64,000 bases of DNA. Origin: Takakia lepidozioides. Lineage: Eukaryota; Plantae; Bryophyta. Both the position numbers and the translations under genes were made by a program. Below, piece after piece: positions 1-14,000 of this stretch (within the stretch, counting starts at the first letter, position 1; the number at the start of each line of letters is the position of its first letter). The stretch spans positions 13,516,001 to 13,580,000 of the forward strand of contig CM060731.1 of assembly GCA_030704615.1 (NCBI GenBank), written 5' to 3'. Below the pieces are notes generated by a model that searched no databases, was not told the origin of the DNA, and saw only the letters and a program-made list of their open reading frames with translations.

Positions 1-19
1 AGCAAAAGAGAAAACATCT

Positions 20-2450
20 TTGTTCTGTAGGATGAGCAAGTACCAGTATGAGACCATGTCATGCAACTTCTGGTTTGTGCAATGCAACTTCTACCTTCCA
101 GCGCCTAATGGATATTGTCCTTGGAAATTTGAGGTGGGAGTGTGCTTTGAAGCCCATCTTCTTGACTTGCAACGTGTCTTCAACAGACTTAGAGCTGCAG
201 GGTTAAAGGTTAAGCCAAAGAAATGTGAATTGTGCATGCCTGAGCTTCACTTCTTGGGTCATGTCCTATCAAAAGAAGGTCTTAAGCCTGATCTTGAGAA
301 GCTTTGCTCTGTATGGGAGTTTCCCATTCCCAAGGACAAACACTGTGTTAAATCCTTCCTTGGTTTAGCTTCTTACTACCGGAGATTCATCAAACATTTT
401 TCCATTATTGCTTTTGCTTTGACCAAGCTTCTGGCTAAGGATGTTCACTTTGAATGGGGCACTTTCCAATAAGTTGCGTTTGACAAGTTGAAGGTTGCTC
501 TCACCATTGCTCCAGTCCCTATGTTTCCCAATTGTCACCTGCCTTTCAAGATGCAAACAGATGCTTCTAATGTTGCCATCTCTGCCATTTTGTGTCAAGT
601 GGTTGATGGGAAGGAACATGTCATTGCTTATGCCTCTAGGAAGCTGGACAAGCATGAAAAGAACTACTCTATCACTGATAAGGAGGGGCTAGCTTTGATC
701 TTTGGTGTTAAACACTACAGACAGTATTTGCATGGCAGCAAGTTTGTGGTTGAGACTGATCATCTTCCCCTTAAGGCATTGCTTCGGCCTCGTGAGTTGT
801 ATGGTAGACTGGCACGATGGGCTATGTTCCTGCAGGAGTTTGACCTTGACATTGTCTACAAGAAAGGGAAGGAGAATTCCAATGCAGATGCTCTTACACG
901 GGTTGAGCCTCATGGAGGCAAGCCTATGGTGACCTTGGAGGACTTGGCTGCTTTTGATATATCCTCTCCTAAGGGGACAGGCCCTGTTCTTAACCTTTTA
1001 TGTGTTGATCAACAGCCTCTTTTTCTTGATCCATCTAGCTTGGAGATTGCGTGGGGCTGGTCTAGCTTTCTTGATGATCCAGGCTGAGTCCCTATATTGC
1101 TGGTTTGGACAGTGATGTCATGTCTAAGGCCTTTGTGAGGGGCTAGTCTATCATTTCTTGTTCCTTGTCTTTCTTTTTCAGCCATGGTTCGGATTTGGTG
1201 CATTTACTGCTGTACTCCGGTGTAGGTTTTGGCAGTGCTTTAAGGCTTGATTTGCCTTCCCATGAGCCGTTTCAAATTGGCAATGATCTAGTGGCTGGAG
1301 ATAATTAACATGAGGCAGACACTCCATGTCACATTACTAAAGCCCATTGAACCTCGCTTATGTGCAGTACAATTATGGATGATATGCTGCATGCAGCGTT
1401 ACTCCATCGATGTCTTCATGGACATTCACATGCAGGGCTCCCTGAGAAGTTGAGGAAGCAAGTGTTGTACAATGTGGACGCTCATCATTGTAGGGATGGC
1501 AAGTTGTACAAAGTGGGCACTAAGGATGGGAGTCCTTGCTACTTGGAGGTACCACCACGGAGCCAGTTAGATGTTTTGTTGGAATGTTTTTCATGCTTCT
1601 TTGTATGCAGGTCATCTTGGGGTCAAGAAGACTATATCTCGCATAGAAGAGGTGTACTACTGGAAGGGAATTCAAAGAGATGTAACTGCCTTCATCTCCA
1701 AGTATGAGGCTTGTCGATCTAACCTTGCACTTCCTCGGGTGGGGGTCATTTATAAATTGCAATCCTTGCCCGTGACACATGCCTTTGCTCGAGTTGGTAT
1801 TGACTTGGTAGGACCTCTTGCTCTCACGTTAAAAGGTCATAACTATCTTTGGGTAGCTACAGATTACTTGACTAAGTGGGTAGAAGTCTGTCCTATGGTT
1901 ACCAAGGATTCTGACACGGTAGCACAACTCTTCTTTGAGGAGATTGTGATGAGGCATGGTTGTCCTCTTGAGGTCCTTACTGATAATGGCCGGGAGTTTT
2001 GCAATGACCTCTTGAATATCATATGCTTTAACTTTGGAATCAAGCATGTGACTACAGCCCCCTACCATCCTCAAACCAATGGTTTGACGGAGCGTTTCAA
2101 TTAGACTTTTTGCCGAATGTTGGAGAAGAATGGCGAGCTTGCAAGGGAATGAGACATCTTCATTCCTCCTATGGTCTTTGCTTATCGCACTGTTGTTCAT
2201 GCTAGCACGAGGAAAACTCCTTTTGAGTTGCTTTATGGTAGACGTTGTGTCTCTCCTTTGCATCCTACTCCACTGATTTCCACTGTTTTTTAGCCTGCTG
2301 ACTTGACTGATTTTGTAGAGAGGGTGCATGTTAGGCACATGGTCTCGATTAATGAGGCTAAGGCTAACATTGTTCTTGCTCATGCAATACAAGCTAGGAA
2401 TTTTAACAAGTGGGTTAAGTACTCAGATCACTTCCATGAGGGATAGGCAC
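20..2450 (+). mobile_element. Ty3/Gypsy retrotransposon pol, degenerate (RT C-terminus, RNase H, integrase)
   Basis: RT motifs LKVKPKKC..FLGH..SFLGLASYYRRFI; RNase H TDAS..IAYASRKL..NYSITDKEGLA..TDH..RLARW; integrase HASLYAGHLG..YYW, GIDLVGPL, TDNGREF, PYHPQTNGLTERFN. The order RT-RH-INT is Gypsy. Stops and frameshifts split the ORFs. Confidence 0.95.
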
Positions 2451-2965
2451 ATACTTCCATGAGGGACAGACTATGTGCCTACGTCTTCAGCAGGGGCAGC
2501 ATGCATGTAAATCTAAGCGGAAGATCAATGGTCCTTATTTGTTGTACAAGTTACTTCGTGGGAGACGTGCTTTGATTTTGCCGCAGGGACACAATTCGAA
2601 AGCACATGAGGAGCCAGTGGCACTTGTAGATTTGACTCATTCGGAGCTGGTTTTTGACTTGACAAGCATCTTAGCTCTGCATAGCTATATGTGGGATCCT
2701 CTACATGTTCATTTCTCTTCTCGTGCTGTAAAGCCCGCTCCTTCCAAGCTATTACACCCCTAGTTTAACGTACACTTGTGAGGACGAGAGAATCTCATTC
2801 AAGCACAAAATAAGCCTTCACAATGGGAGGCGCTTGTGTATAACCTTGTAACCCCGGTAGTGCAACCCTCCAATCGGTGTAACCCTCTATAATCCCGATT
2901 TCTCATGTAACTCTCGTTAGTCCATTTTATACTTAACCGAATTTGGACAAATTTCGAGACCAAGT

Positions 2966-3190
2966 GTGAGTTACATCGAGTTACACTCCATTCTGTGTAA
3001 CCCCGAGTGGAGTTACACACCTCGTCGTGTAACCCGATGTATCCCCAAGTGGAGTTACACACCTCATCGTGTAATCCGATGTAACCCCAAGTGGAGTTAC
3101 ACACCTCGTCGTGTAATCCGATGTAACCCCAAGTGGAGTTACACACCTCGTCATGTAACCGAGTGTTTACCCCGACTCGAGTTCACACTC
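2966..3190. repeat. 42-bp tandem repeat (about 4-5 units) between integrase and PPT
   Basis: GTGGAGTTACACACCTC starts at 3007, 3049, 3091 and 3133. Each unit contains the inverted pair GTTACAC/GTGTAA. Confidence 0.9.
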
Positions 3191-3211
3191 CTTCAGTTCC
3201 ATGTCACTCTC

Positions 3212-3229
3212 AAGAGAGGGTGGGGAGGA
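3212..3229 (+). promoter_or_regulatory. Polypurine tract (PPT) of the Gypsy element
   Basis: AAGAGAGGGTGGGGAGGA followed 2 nt later by TGACA. Confidence 0.7.
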
Positions 3230-3231
3230 TT

Positions 3232-4089
3232 TGACATGACGGAAACCGATGTACCATCCTGTCAGAGGTTGCAAGTGTGCATTAAGTTCTTACATTATTC
3301 CTATTATCTTCCTTTCAGGAACAGTCCTTGCCAGGATTTTGGGACCCTTATTTTAAACGAAGAGAAACCAGCCCCACTCCTTTGCAATTATATCAGTCAT
3401 AACAAGTGTCAAGGATTCAATTAGTCAACTTGACCAAAGGCAGTCTCTCGCCGAGCGGGAGGTGTACACTTTCCGCGAGGACGCACTTGACTGAGGGGTG
3501 TCTTTAGTCTTTATACAGTACGCCCCAAATGAGGTGAGAGGTGAAAGGCCCCGATTGGGTGAAACATTGGGCAGAAGCCACTACCTACTTACGAATAAAT
3601 TGGGCAGAGAAGTTTCACTTAGAGGCGTTCCAGGCGGCATAGGCCAATTGCCCCTATAAGTCAGCTGTGACTAAAGGAGGTCTTAGAGTGGTAGAGGGCA
3701 GCAGTTCGGGCAGTAAGTAAAACTACGTGTCCGGTATCGATTTGCAAATGATGAGCGGTGTCAGCGTGTCTCCCTCCGGGGGACCATAACGGTTCCGGGC
3801 CCCGGCGATCCAACGGCACCGGAATCTCCTGTGGACGGACGCCGAGAGTAAGCGCAGTGTTGACGACCGCCGTGTTTTAATTATCGAGTAGAGAATAGCA
3901 TCGGCGATGGAGTCCCACGTCCATTCATTGTGGCATGGGGCCGAAATATGTGCATCTGTTTTTGTTCTCGTAAAGTTTTTCAATGGAGCACCTGCTGGCT
4001 TGAGTATTGGTAAGCTTGGGATAACACTAATTCCCTCAATTGCCAATGTATAATTCAACGTTCACTTTATATGAATGAGTAATCTGTCA
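3232..4089 (+). mobile_element. Probable 3' LTR of the Gypsy element
   Basis: Starts TGACA right after the PPT. A candidate end TGTCA at 4085-4089 is the inverted complement. The 5' LTR is outside the window, so the right boundary is tentative. Confidence 0.5.
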
Positions 4090-6610
4090 AACAACTAAAG
4101 GTACTAAAATACTTCTTTCACATTTATTCGGGCTTGTATTCGGGTTTCCAGCCAACATTCATCCACTCTAATACTTCAACAACCTTTGTCCCCAAAAATG
4201 CTGTGGAAGGCATATGAAATTAGGGGCACCCCACCAACCCCGATGGCGGTTCTGGCATGGATAGGCTCTCTTACCTACTACCTATGGCTTTCCCAGAAAC
4301 GAGCAAGTAAGTGCAGCAAAGGCAGAAGAGGGGCAGAAGTCCAACCAACACGGAAAATGGTGAGACCCTCATTTCGCCATACAAGTCACGCTTGCAACAT
4401 GCACTCACCTGCCAATTTCCACCTTAGAAATGATGGCTTCCTTGAAGTTTTCGAAGGCTAGCCGTGAACCTTGTCCGAAACCGTCTATTAAAACTGGCTA
4501 AGCAAGACGGAGAAGCGGGCTATCACCACACTAAGAAGAACATAGTGATTGCGTTTGCGGTGCAAATTAAGGTCCGAATGTAAGCTGGTAGAGCCTGGTC
4601 TTGGAATCTCTTTTAGTTTTTCGGTGGCACGGGTTGATGTTGACCAATATCCTTTCTGTCACCTGGAGAAGGCCATGGGTTAGAGGAGAATTTAGCAATT
4701 GGGAAGTTTGTCCCTCCAAGTGGTGTAATCAACGGTAGTCTTGTGACAAAAAAGTGTATTCATACGAGATTCATGAGGCCTCGAAAGAACAAGCTGGAGT
4801 TGTGCCTTTCTGTTCTTTCCTCATAGCAGGTTTTGCACACCGTTGTCATAAAGTTCAGAGGCTATAGTATGTAATCAGAAGGCGGTTACGGCCACAAGAG
4901 AGTTTGTTGTCTGCTTAAGACATGTTGATAGCGGGGCTTCCACACATTCCAGAGGGAGACTAGCGAACGAAGAATACTTCAGACCGGGAAGTAAGATCAG
5001 GCACTGCTTCTGGAGTTAGAGTTGCACTGAGGAGGTGTATAACAATAAGAGGACAGGAAAATTCAGATTCCACAAGGTTAGGAAATCTACGCGAAACTCG
5101 CAGGCAGTGCTCCCACACCGGCCCTACCGTGCAAGTTAGATTGACAAAGTGTACTTGGGATCAGAATGAGACCTGCAACCTCTGATTTTGCTGGGTGGTG
5201 GGTGGTGAGGTACAATACGGAAAACCTGGACGTAGCAATCATGAGCTGGACCCCCTTTCGAGGGGTTCAGCTGACCTAGATCCTCAGAGGACCAATGGCC
5301 ACTTTCCAGCTGCTATTCAGAGGTCCCACCGGTCATCTATGTGGATTTGAGCCCAGAACTTCTGGGAAAGCAATCAGCAATCATTGTTCGTACAAATTGA
5401 AAAATGAAACTGTGCAAATATTTCCAACTGAGTCAGCACCCAGGAATGAAACATTGACGTGGACAGTCATGTTTCATCCACAAATGCATGGAATTCTGCC
5501 ATATAGTAATTATGAATAGGTAATAAAAATCTGGAAGATCACATAATTAGTCTAAACATCAAGGTAACAGGATTTGAGCCCTGAATCACCCAGGTGGCAC
5601 GCACGGTAATATCCAATGGACTTTCATTTATGGCATGCACGAGAAGTTGAACGAATGTCATTCATTCTCTTGACAACTGTCTCGATCGAATTGGAAGTCT
5701 AATCGGAATTTCAGTGTAAATTGCTCACAATACTACAATTACTAACATCTCATATCTGGTTGGAAAAAAATTTTTGGAAAAGAATTTGCCACCAATTTTT
5801 ATTTTTTAGTTTTTAGTGGCCCTGAGAACATGGGGTCTTGAATGCATTCAAGACGCTAATGTTGTTCAATGAGAAGCTGCTACGGTAGTCTCATAGCGCC
5901 GGGACCGTTATTATTATTTATTTTGGTGGGTTGCTGTTCGTTAACGATTATTTAATTTACGGCTTTTTATGGGTTTTATAATTGAATTGTTTCACTTCAA
6001 TTCTTATGGTTTCACTCTCCATTTTATGGTGGAACCCCATCTAGTCTCACGATGGTTTTACCAATTCTTCACTTTTCATTTTCTGAGTTCAAATGAATTC
6101 AACTGAGTTCATCCCCCTTTCTCTCACAAAGTAGCACTTAACAGCTCTCAGCTCTAGCATGTGTTCAATCGAAGACCGTCCTGAAAACAGACGCGCAATG
6201 TGCATCTCAAGGCAACCGGCTGCATTGAAAGACAACCACCTCCTTCCCGAACTCAGACTCTCTTTGCATGAAGAGGGGATCGCAGGTCCATGAACATGGT
6301 GAGATTCCTCAACAATTCCATGAACTGACTCAGTCTGTTATGAGCCGAGAGCAGCTAATTTCAAACCGGATACATACTTCTCAAAACCTGTGATTGTGGC
6401 TTTCATGTCTAGAGTAGATATCGGGTACACGTAAATAAATAGCTTTTGCATACAATGTAACAAGATAACGGAGTTGCCAGGGGCTTTCAACTCACCTTAA
6501 AAAATTGGGAATTGCTTTTCTTTGGCCGGAAGATTCCCCCGATTTGAGTTGCGGGATGTACCTCCCGCTTTTGGAAGGCACCTAGGGCACGGAAGATTCT
6601 GTGCGAAGCA

Positions 6611-8383
6611 CTGGGGGATTTTGAGGCGGAGGGAGCTGAGTTTAAGAAGGAGTCAGAGAAGAAGCTGAATGCATGGGGTCTTCTAGGGAGTAAGTACGAT
6701 GATGATGCGGCCGGGCTTTGGAAGAAGGCCGCGAACAATTACAAGCTTGCCGAATTCTGAATGTGTCCTGTATTTAACTCTGCTTTCCGTGCCTCCATTT
6801 TGTCTTTTAGGATGTAGCAGTGCAACCTTAGTGGAGGGAGAGTATTTCCTCCTCGTCTATGTTAATCTCATGATTCAGAAAATAAAAACGGTCACTTGTT
6901 TCAGATATGTGTTGATCTAAAGGGCTGTGGCAGCAGTGTTGGAGGCACTGCAGCCTGTTGATACTATTTCTCGTGGCGTAGTTTCAGTAAACATCCTAAA
7001 AGGAACTTAAAGAATAGTCTGACAGTTGGTCTGGCAGGGGACAAGGCAGCAGCTGTATTCATCAAGCTTGCTAACTGCCAGTTGAAGGTATGACCGACTT
7101 GTTGGTGAAGCAGGGTGCCTCCGGAGTGGACATATATCCACAGGACAGTTATTGCAGCAGTAGTTTTAATTTATTTGATCTCTGAAACACTGATTGTATC
7201 TGTGGTCTTCCATGGTCATTGCAATTCCATGTTTGCTAGGTCCAGATCTAAGTCTAAGATAAGATTGTTATTGGATTGTTGGTGCAGCAGCTGGAGAGCA
7301 AGCATGCAGCAGCTTCAGCATATGTGGATGCTGCCAACTGCTACAAGAACTCATGGTTAGTGCATGGTGATGCTTGATTGCCATTGTCGAGGTTATAACT
7401 GTCCTTTCTCCTATGACTGAGGTTTGAGCATCTTTAGTTAATCCAGCTGTGAAGATTATGATTTGAACAGTATGTCTGGATAAAGGCCTAAAGTTGAAGA
7501 TCAATGATTTTGTCAATAGTAGCACTTCCTTTCAGTGTCTTTCCAGGCTGTGGTTTATTTACTAAGATGTTACTGTACATTGCAGAGGCGGTGAGAATGT
7601 TAATGACAGCAGTCCAGATGTTTGAGGATATTGGGCGACTATCCACATCTGCCAAGCATTATAAGGTCTGGGTTTCGCAAAACAGATCAGAATTGGTCAA
7701 CAGTTAGCATGACATTCTCTTCCTCTCCCTGTTGGCACATTGTCACTCCGTTGTCACATGGTTGTCAAACAGTGAGAAGGCCAGCTTTTGTGCATTCTGA
7801 TGAAGGCAGGTGAGCCTGTTTGCAGGAGATTGGGGGGGGACCTTTATGAAAAGATGGAGTCTCCAGAGAAGGCCATGGTGTATTATTATAAGGTAGGGGA
7901 GCTTTGCTCCGGGGAGGGTACGGAAAGTACAGCCAACCAGGGCAAGCTTAAGGTTGACCAGTTCTCTGCTCAGCTTTAACAGTGCATTTTATCATCTCCC
8001 TATTGCTTCTATTAGTTTGCAAGTGAAAACAAGCAATGGCCTCCTTTAAACGTCCATGTCTCATAGTTCCTGTTCACTATATCATTCTTACAGGGCATAT
8101 TCTTCCAGTCATGGAGCTGACACAGGCTCGAAAGTGGCCTCATCCTCAGTACTGGAGGAGTTCATGTAGATTCTCTGTTCACCGACCTTGCAATTTTCAT
8201 GGCATCCTGCCTTTCCAACAAAATCTTGTCTGTTTGTTCATGGCAGATTAGACCTTAGGCTAGATATTGAAGGAGGCTATGAGGTCCCAATAATTGGTGG
8301 TTTCGAGAGGTATGATAGAGATCTACAAAATGGTGGGGGGGAATGATGAAGTGGCTATTCATAATGCAATCGACAAGTACCAG
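6611..8383 (+). pseudogene. alpha-SNAP (soluble NSF attachment protein) pseudogene with introns retained
   Basis: Exons read GDFEAEGAEFKKESEKKLNAWGLLGSKYDDDAAGLWKKAANNYKLA (6611-6758), WDKAAAVFIKLANCQLK (7038-7087), LESKHAAASAYVDAANCYK (~7291-7355), EAVRMLMTAVQMFEDIGRLSTSAKHYK (~7586-7665), EIG..LYEKMESPEKAMVYY..ESTANQGKLKVDQFSAQL* (~7826-7979) and DEVAIHNAIDKYQ (to 8383). Defects: start is CTG, first donor is GA, there is a poly-G frameshift and an in-frame TAA. Confidence 0.9.
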
Positions 8384-9029
8384 GTAACAGCCCTTGCTCT
8401 TTGTTGTTCTCGTTCTTTTCTTCTTTGACCTTAGTAGGCAATTGGTGAGTGGTTGTGCAAGATTCTGGTTAAGTGGTGGGTGCTGGTTTGTTTGTAACAC
8501 AATGCTTGCGCATTTGATGCTGCAGTCTGCTTCAAAGGATAGTACAACTGGTGTACAGGATAAGAAAGAGAGTTATTGAAATACTTCAGTCAAATCTGGC
8601 AACTGCGAGATCTGCAACATTGGCGACAGTGGAAGTCCTTGTTGTTGCCTTGACAGAGGCAGCAACAGCTGAAGCAGCAGGGGAGCTTGAGGGTAGTGAA
8701 GCTGGTAAGAAAGTTCGGTGTCTGTTATGCCCCCTTCCGCCTTTTTTTGACCTGTCTCTCTGAATACAATTCTAACTTGTGCGCTTGTTCAAACTGTATG
8801 ACAAGGGCAAGCATCTCAACCTGGCGGTCATGGCGTCCAGGCAGTCCTTCCCCATTCTCTCCTTCTTTTCTCTCCCTCTTTTTCTCTCTCTCTCTCTCTC
8901 GCAATAGTTTTTATTTTTGGCTCTGGTTTTGTTTCCTCTCTCATGTTTTCTTCCATTTTTCCCCATATGCTCTTTGAGCTTTCCGCAGACGTTATAAAGC
9001 ACCATTTCATTTCTCCCGCTCTGACTCCA

Positions 9030-9258
9030 ACTGAAATTTAAACTGAGGGCGGGAAGCCTACCTTTGAACAGCAAACATATGCATATGGAATGTAATTGCA
9101 ATTGGAAAGAGGGATTGCAATTGCCCGTTGTGTGGGCAACCCGAAGACAATATTCACTTTCTGATTCATTGTCCTGGGTACTCTCATGAGAGAGACGCCC
9201 TCTTCAAATCCAACAAGGGAATTGTGCCTGAACCTCTGTTTACCAACTTTGAAAGTCT
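9030..9258 (+). mobile_element. LINE 3' fragment (zinc-finger region), same family as 9750-11093
   Basis: Close match to 10629-10840 (LKFKLRAGSLPLNSK..CPLCGQPEDNIHFLIHCPG). Confidence 0.85.
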
Positions 9259-9749
9259 GTTGTCCTTCCCGTCTGCCACACTGAGTGCATCATCTCTTTT
9301 GTTTTTCTGAAGAGTGAAGAATTATGACGTGACCTCTAAGCTGTTTATCTGTTCATATTGCAGTGACAAGGGCAGGCATCTCAATCCTTTCGACTTCTCA
9401 TATTGTCAAATCTGCAACATCAGTCAGGTTGACTGACGACAAAATTGCTATGGTGGAAGAATTAAAGAAAGTAAACTGGGCCATTGAAAAAGTTTCAAGC
9501 ACAGAAGGGTGCAATGATGTGAGATGGCCACAGGTCAGACCTGATGATGATGAACTTGATGATGATCAAGAGGAGCCTTGGATGCTCGAGAGGGCTGGTA
9601 CAATGCTCCTCCTAAAGGCTTTAAAAGAGAGGTCAGTGTCGGCCTTTTTCCTCTCTCTGTTAGACCCTCTGTGTATCCTTCTTTGTGGTTCTGAAATTCC
9701 ATCTTTTGTCATGGGTGTAGCTTTTGTTTCTTGTTCCCAGCCCCACCAG

Positions 9750-11093
9750 CCCTTATGTTTGCGGATGATTTCGCAGGCATAGGGGAGACTCCAACCAATC
9801 TCCAGGAGTTGATTGATTGCGCGAAGAGATACTTTGATCTTTGGGGGCTAGAGGCTAATGTCAGCAAATGTGCAGTGGTAGCATTCAACGACAGAGGAGA
9901 GGGAGGAAGTGATCTTAAGTGGCAGTGGGGTAGCCAAGAGATCCCGGTCCTCCCTTCCTACACTTACCTGGGCGTTGAGTTCTCCTCCAATTGTAATTGG
10001 GATGCACATATCCGGAAAGTTGTTCAAACTGGCAAGGGCAAAGCTCTGGGGCTCACTAAATTTTTCCACTGCAGAGGGGTCAACTCTGAGGTCAAGAAAA
10101 CCATGCTTTGTCGCGTTATTAGACCTGCCTTGGAGTACGGATCTGCTATATGGGTTGATAACTCCAACCAGGCTAAGTCTCTAGAATCCATTCAAGTGGG
10201 GGTGCTTAAGGAGTGTATGTCAGCATGCTCCAAAACAGCGGGGTGAGTTTGGCATTCCGTCCTTAAGCTCCCGACGAGATGAATTCAAGGTCAGATGGTG
10301 GGGTCAGCTGCAACATATGCCCAACACCAGATATCCTAAGTTAATCGACTCTATATCTTGGAAACAGGACCACCCTGTCAAACAGGCTAAATCCTGGCAG
10401 AAGAGAGTAGAAGAGATCCTCAAGGACCTGGACCTGGATCCGCAAGTCTTGACCCTGCTGGATAAATCTGACTTAGAGGCTGTAGTGTCCTCAGCCATGT
10501 CTGTTGCCATGAGATTGTCTGATGAAAATGAAGTTAGGCAGAAAACTTCCCTGAACTTGTTTCCAGTCTGTGACGTGGGGGAGGACATCTTGGATGACCT
10601 CCAGGGTCTACCCACTCTCGGCACTAGACTGAAATTTAAACTCAGGGCAGGAAGCCTACCTTTGAACAGCAAACAGAAGCAGAGAGGAAAGGGAGAGTGC
10701 AATTGCCCGTTGTGTGGGCAATCTGAAGACAGTATTCATTTTCTGATACACTGTCCGGGGTTCTCTCACCAAAGAGACGCTCTCTTCAAATCTATTAAGG
10801 GAATTGTGCCTGTACCCCTGTTTACCAACTTTGAAAGTCTCAAGGCTGAGCCAAAAGCCCAGGCCCTCCTGAGGCCTAGTTTTTGGGCAAATCACACACA
10901 GCAGATTGATGCTTGTGTGAAGGGATTTCTAGAGGATATCTGGAAAACCCGGATTAATTCTTTATATGGAGGTAAGTCTTACTACCAACGTCAGCCCCTG
11001 ACAGAGGTAGGTTCTGTCCCTTTTGTTCCCGCTCAAACTGGGCGCGGGGTCAATGGCCACAAGGCTACGGCAAACAACGTCTTATGAGTACAA
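9750..11093 (+). mobile_element. 5'-truncated non-LTR retrotransposon (LINE) ORF2: RT C-terminus plus C-terminal CCHC zinc finger
   Basis: LMFADDF, NVSKC, YTYLGVEF, RPALEYGSAIW, CPLC..EDSIHFLIHC. The ORF is broken at ~10246. It ends GTCTTATGAGTACAA with no poly(A). Confidence 0.9.
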
Positions 11094-14000
11094 TCTCTTC
11101 TCCCCCTCTCTCTTGCCTCCACTCCTCATTTCATAATAGAACCGGTAAAGGTAGAGGATGAGTGAGGCATTTGTGCCTCTATTGTCTTCAAGCTCTAGCC
11201 TTAATCAAGCCTAATTGTGAAGCCTCTCCACTGACTCGTTTCTGAATCTTGTGGTGTATTTGTGCTCCCTGAGGCATTACTGAGGTGGTAGGAATCAAAA
11301 TTGGGGCATTGTCTATTTGGACAGGTATCAGCATTCAGAACAATGTTGTCAGCTTTGGAGGGCTCGATTTCAGCGGCCGCCATCGCGCACATTTATGGGA
11401 AAGAGCCCCATGAAGATATGATTTTCTTTCAACCAGTGGGTGAGAGTACAGCCTGCAAGTAAGTTTTTGTGATGGGGTCTCATTAAATTTAGTGCACGTT
11501 CTCTCTTTGCATTTCACCGGCACTGCTGGAACTGGTCAGGGTGCTCCGGCTCTCCATTTCATTGTCAACATTGGAACAGTCTCTGGTAGTCTCTGCGGCC
11601 TGCAAAACTGTTTGATGCTTTTTTGTTCTCTTCTCCTATCTCTCTGTCAGTGTTTGGGTTCCCTCCACTACAGTGAGCCGTGTAGTAGCCCACCTTCTGC
11701 CGTTTTCTACTCTCTGGCCCCTCTCTGCCCTTTCTACTCTGTCCAAAGGTATCAGGTGTGTTGTGCAAGGCCATCACAAGTACACTGCATTCATTACATC
11801 TATTGTCAGTACCTGAGCCCATTCGCTATGGTTCCTCTGCAGGGTCAACTGGTGAGAACAATGAGCTTTGTAGAGGCCTTGCCACCCTTTGGAGTGAAGG
11901 AGTGGTGCATGGTGGCACTACTCTTTTTGGACGCCCTTTCTGTGCAATGATTACCATCCCTCGGAGCCCACCTGTCCAACAACCAGGCCTTGTTCTGTAG
12001 GGTAATGTCAACTGCTCAACTCAAATCCAAATGTATGACCTTACTTGCTGTGCGTCTTACCAGATATCAGTCATAGTTTATGCTGAGTATAATGGTGCCT
12101 GTGGCATGGTAATCAAGTTGATTCAGCTAGTGGTGTTGTCTATTTCGAGCCATAGTTGCGACGGAGTAATGGAGTGAGATGTAAGGCTTGCTCTTTTCCC
12201 ACTTTTTAGTACCAGGGAGGATGTCCAGCCCTTATAATGGCCATTCAGCTAAACATATTTGGTTGCCGAGATTCGGAGGGTGTTAACAGTATGGTGTGGG
12301 TCTCTCTGGCAAGCGGACCCTAAAGGAATGAGGCGGTGCTCAATGCATGTCAAATTAGCTCATTCTATCTTTATAGGATACAAGGTCATCCTTTAGTCTG
12401 TCGAGTCCACATGGAAATTGTTTGGATAATCAGCCCTCAACCATGTACACACTACGATGGTGGATTGAAATCAGTGCAATTTGACCCTTTACAATGGTTG
12501 CCAAACTGGTAATGGGTGCTGGGACCTCTCAGCAACGGCCACAAAAGGTTCTGTCCAGCGGATTTAGTTGCAAATGGCAGCTGGATTAACTCAGCCCTGA
12601 TAAGCCTAATTACAGCCCCTAGAATTATCCATCGACTGGGTTCTAGATCATTCACTGAATGGAGACTATGACTGGGGGACAATGATGGCAGGTACTGGAT
12701 TCAACAGGAACAAGTGAGGCAGAGGATAATTCCTATTGCTTTCTGCTGCTTCCTTTGGGACGAATGTCAACATTTGTGACATTGAGTGGTGGCTGAATGA
12801 TGGATCTTAGTGGGTTCCTTCTCAGATTCTTATGAAAGGTGCACCCCAAGCCCCTCTTCCCTCAGGTCATTTTGTAAATGTCCATATGAACACATACAAT
12901 GGCATGAAGGAGTGCCAGTTTCTGCAAGTAAAAGAATTCCTCTGCAAGTAAAAGTTGCTATAGTTATCATGTGAGTTCAACCAAATACAGAATGTCAGAT
13001 GTATGGCCTGTGCCCAACAAACACAACTCAGCTCTACAACAGGAATGAACTACTCACACATGGTAACACAAGGATTAGAGTTCTCTAACACAGAAATAAC
13101 ATTTTACATTAAACAGTGCAGTTTTTGTACTATACAAACAGGGTGTGACATAGCAGTTACTGGCTAACTTTCAGTCGCTGCACCTGGTTGTAATGGACAA
13201 ACATGTCATTCAGCCGTCTAACACCACAATATATTAGATAGGCCAGGACTTTGGCTGCACTGCTGAGAATAACAGTCATGCGATTTGGACTCTATCTTGG
13301 ACAGGTCTCGAGTCCAAGCTGCCCTGCCACCCTCTCCACTACATTGTACATGTGCTGCTTTGATCTGCATCATGTGACATTCACAGTCAGTTAGTGTACC
13401 TGAGTGAGTCAGAGTAACAACATTGACATTAATTCTGTTCTCTGAGATTCCTGCTTGGACTTCTCCAGCCGTTGGAAGTGCACAACCTACAGAATGAGGT
13501 ACGCTGTCGTCACCCCTTAACTTTGTTGGTTCGCATAACTCAATAACTTACTAGCTTACTCACAAAATAAGATATGCACTTATACCTATTGCTGCATGGA
13601 CATCAGACTTCAGTGGCCAACAGCGGGACCAGTTAATAATCAGATGACCTTACCTGCCCACTAAAATGCATCAACTCTCTGAGCTTGAAAACATATTGAT
13701 AAATCAAGACAGTGAGTCCTAGAAAGGATGCAGAGTGGCAAAATGCACTCATTTTAAAGAACTTCACAACAGCAGCTGAAGTGAAGGCCCAGGTAAAAAC
13801 AGTACCTGCGGATTCCTCACATACTCTGGAATATATGCCACATAGAGTATAATTCGTCCTTCTCAGAGCTTTCTGGTAACAGTTGATATTGAAATCTAGA
13901 GAGCGTCTACACTGCTTACACAAAGTTAATAGCTTATATGAATAGTTCTTTAGTTGTACACACCCACGTCAAATCACATCCAGTAAGCAACAGCCAGCAA

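Noticed and set aside
2799-3424. ORFs with 14-aa repeats (HDEVCNSTWGYIGL)
   Set aside because: Translation artefact of the 42-bp tandem repeat.
5160-5610. tRNA/SINE-like B-box remnants (GGATTTGAGCCC); similar at ~32270-32330
   Set aside because: No cloverleaf or clear boundaries; too degenerate to call.
5905-6025. ~120-bp AT-rich similarity to 19425-19530
   Set aside because: Short diverged dispersed repeat without termini; nothing further to support.
8560-9720. Two related minus-strand coding-like fragments (EM[LP]ALV) near the LINE pieces
   Set aside because: Could be a retroelement ORF1 relic, but no diagnostic motif and multiple stops.
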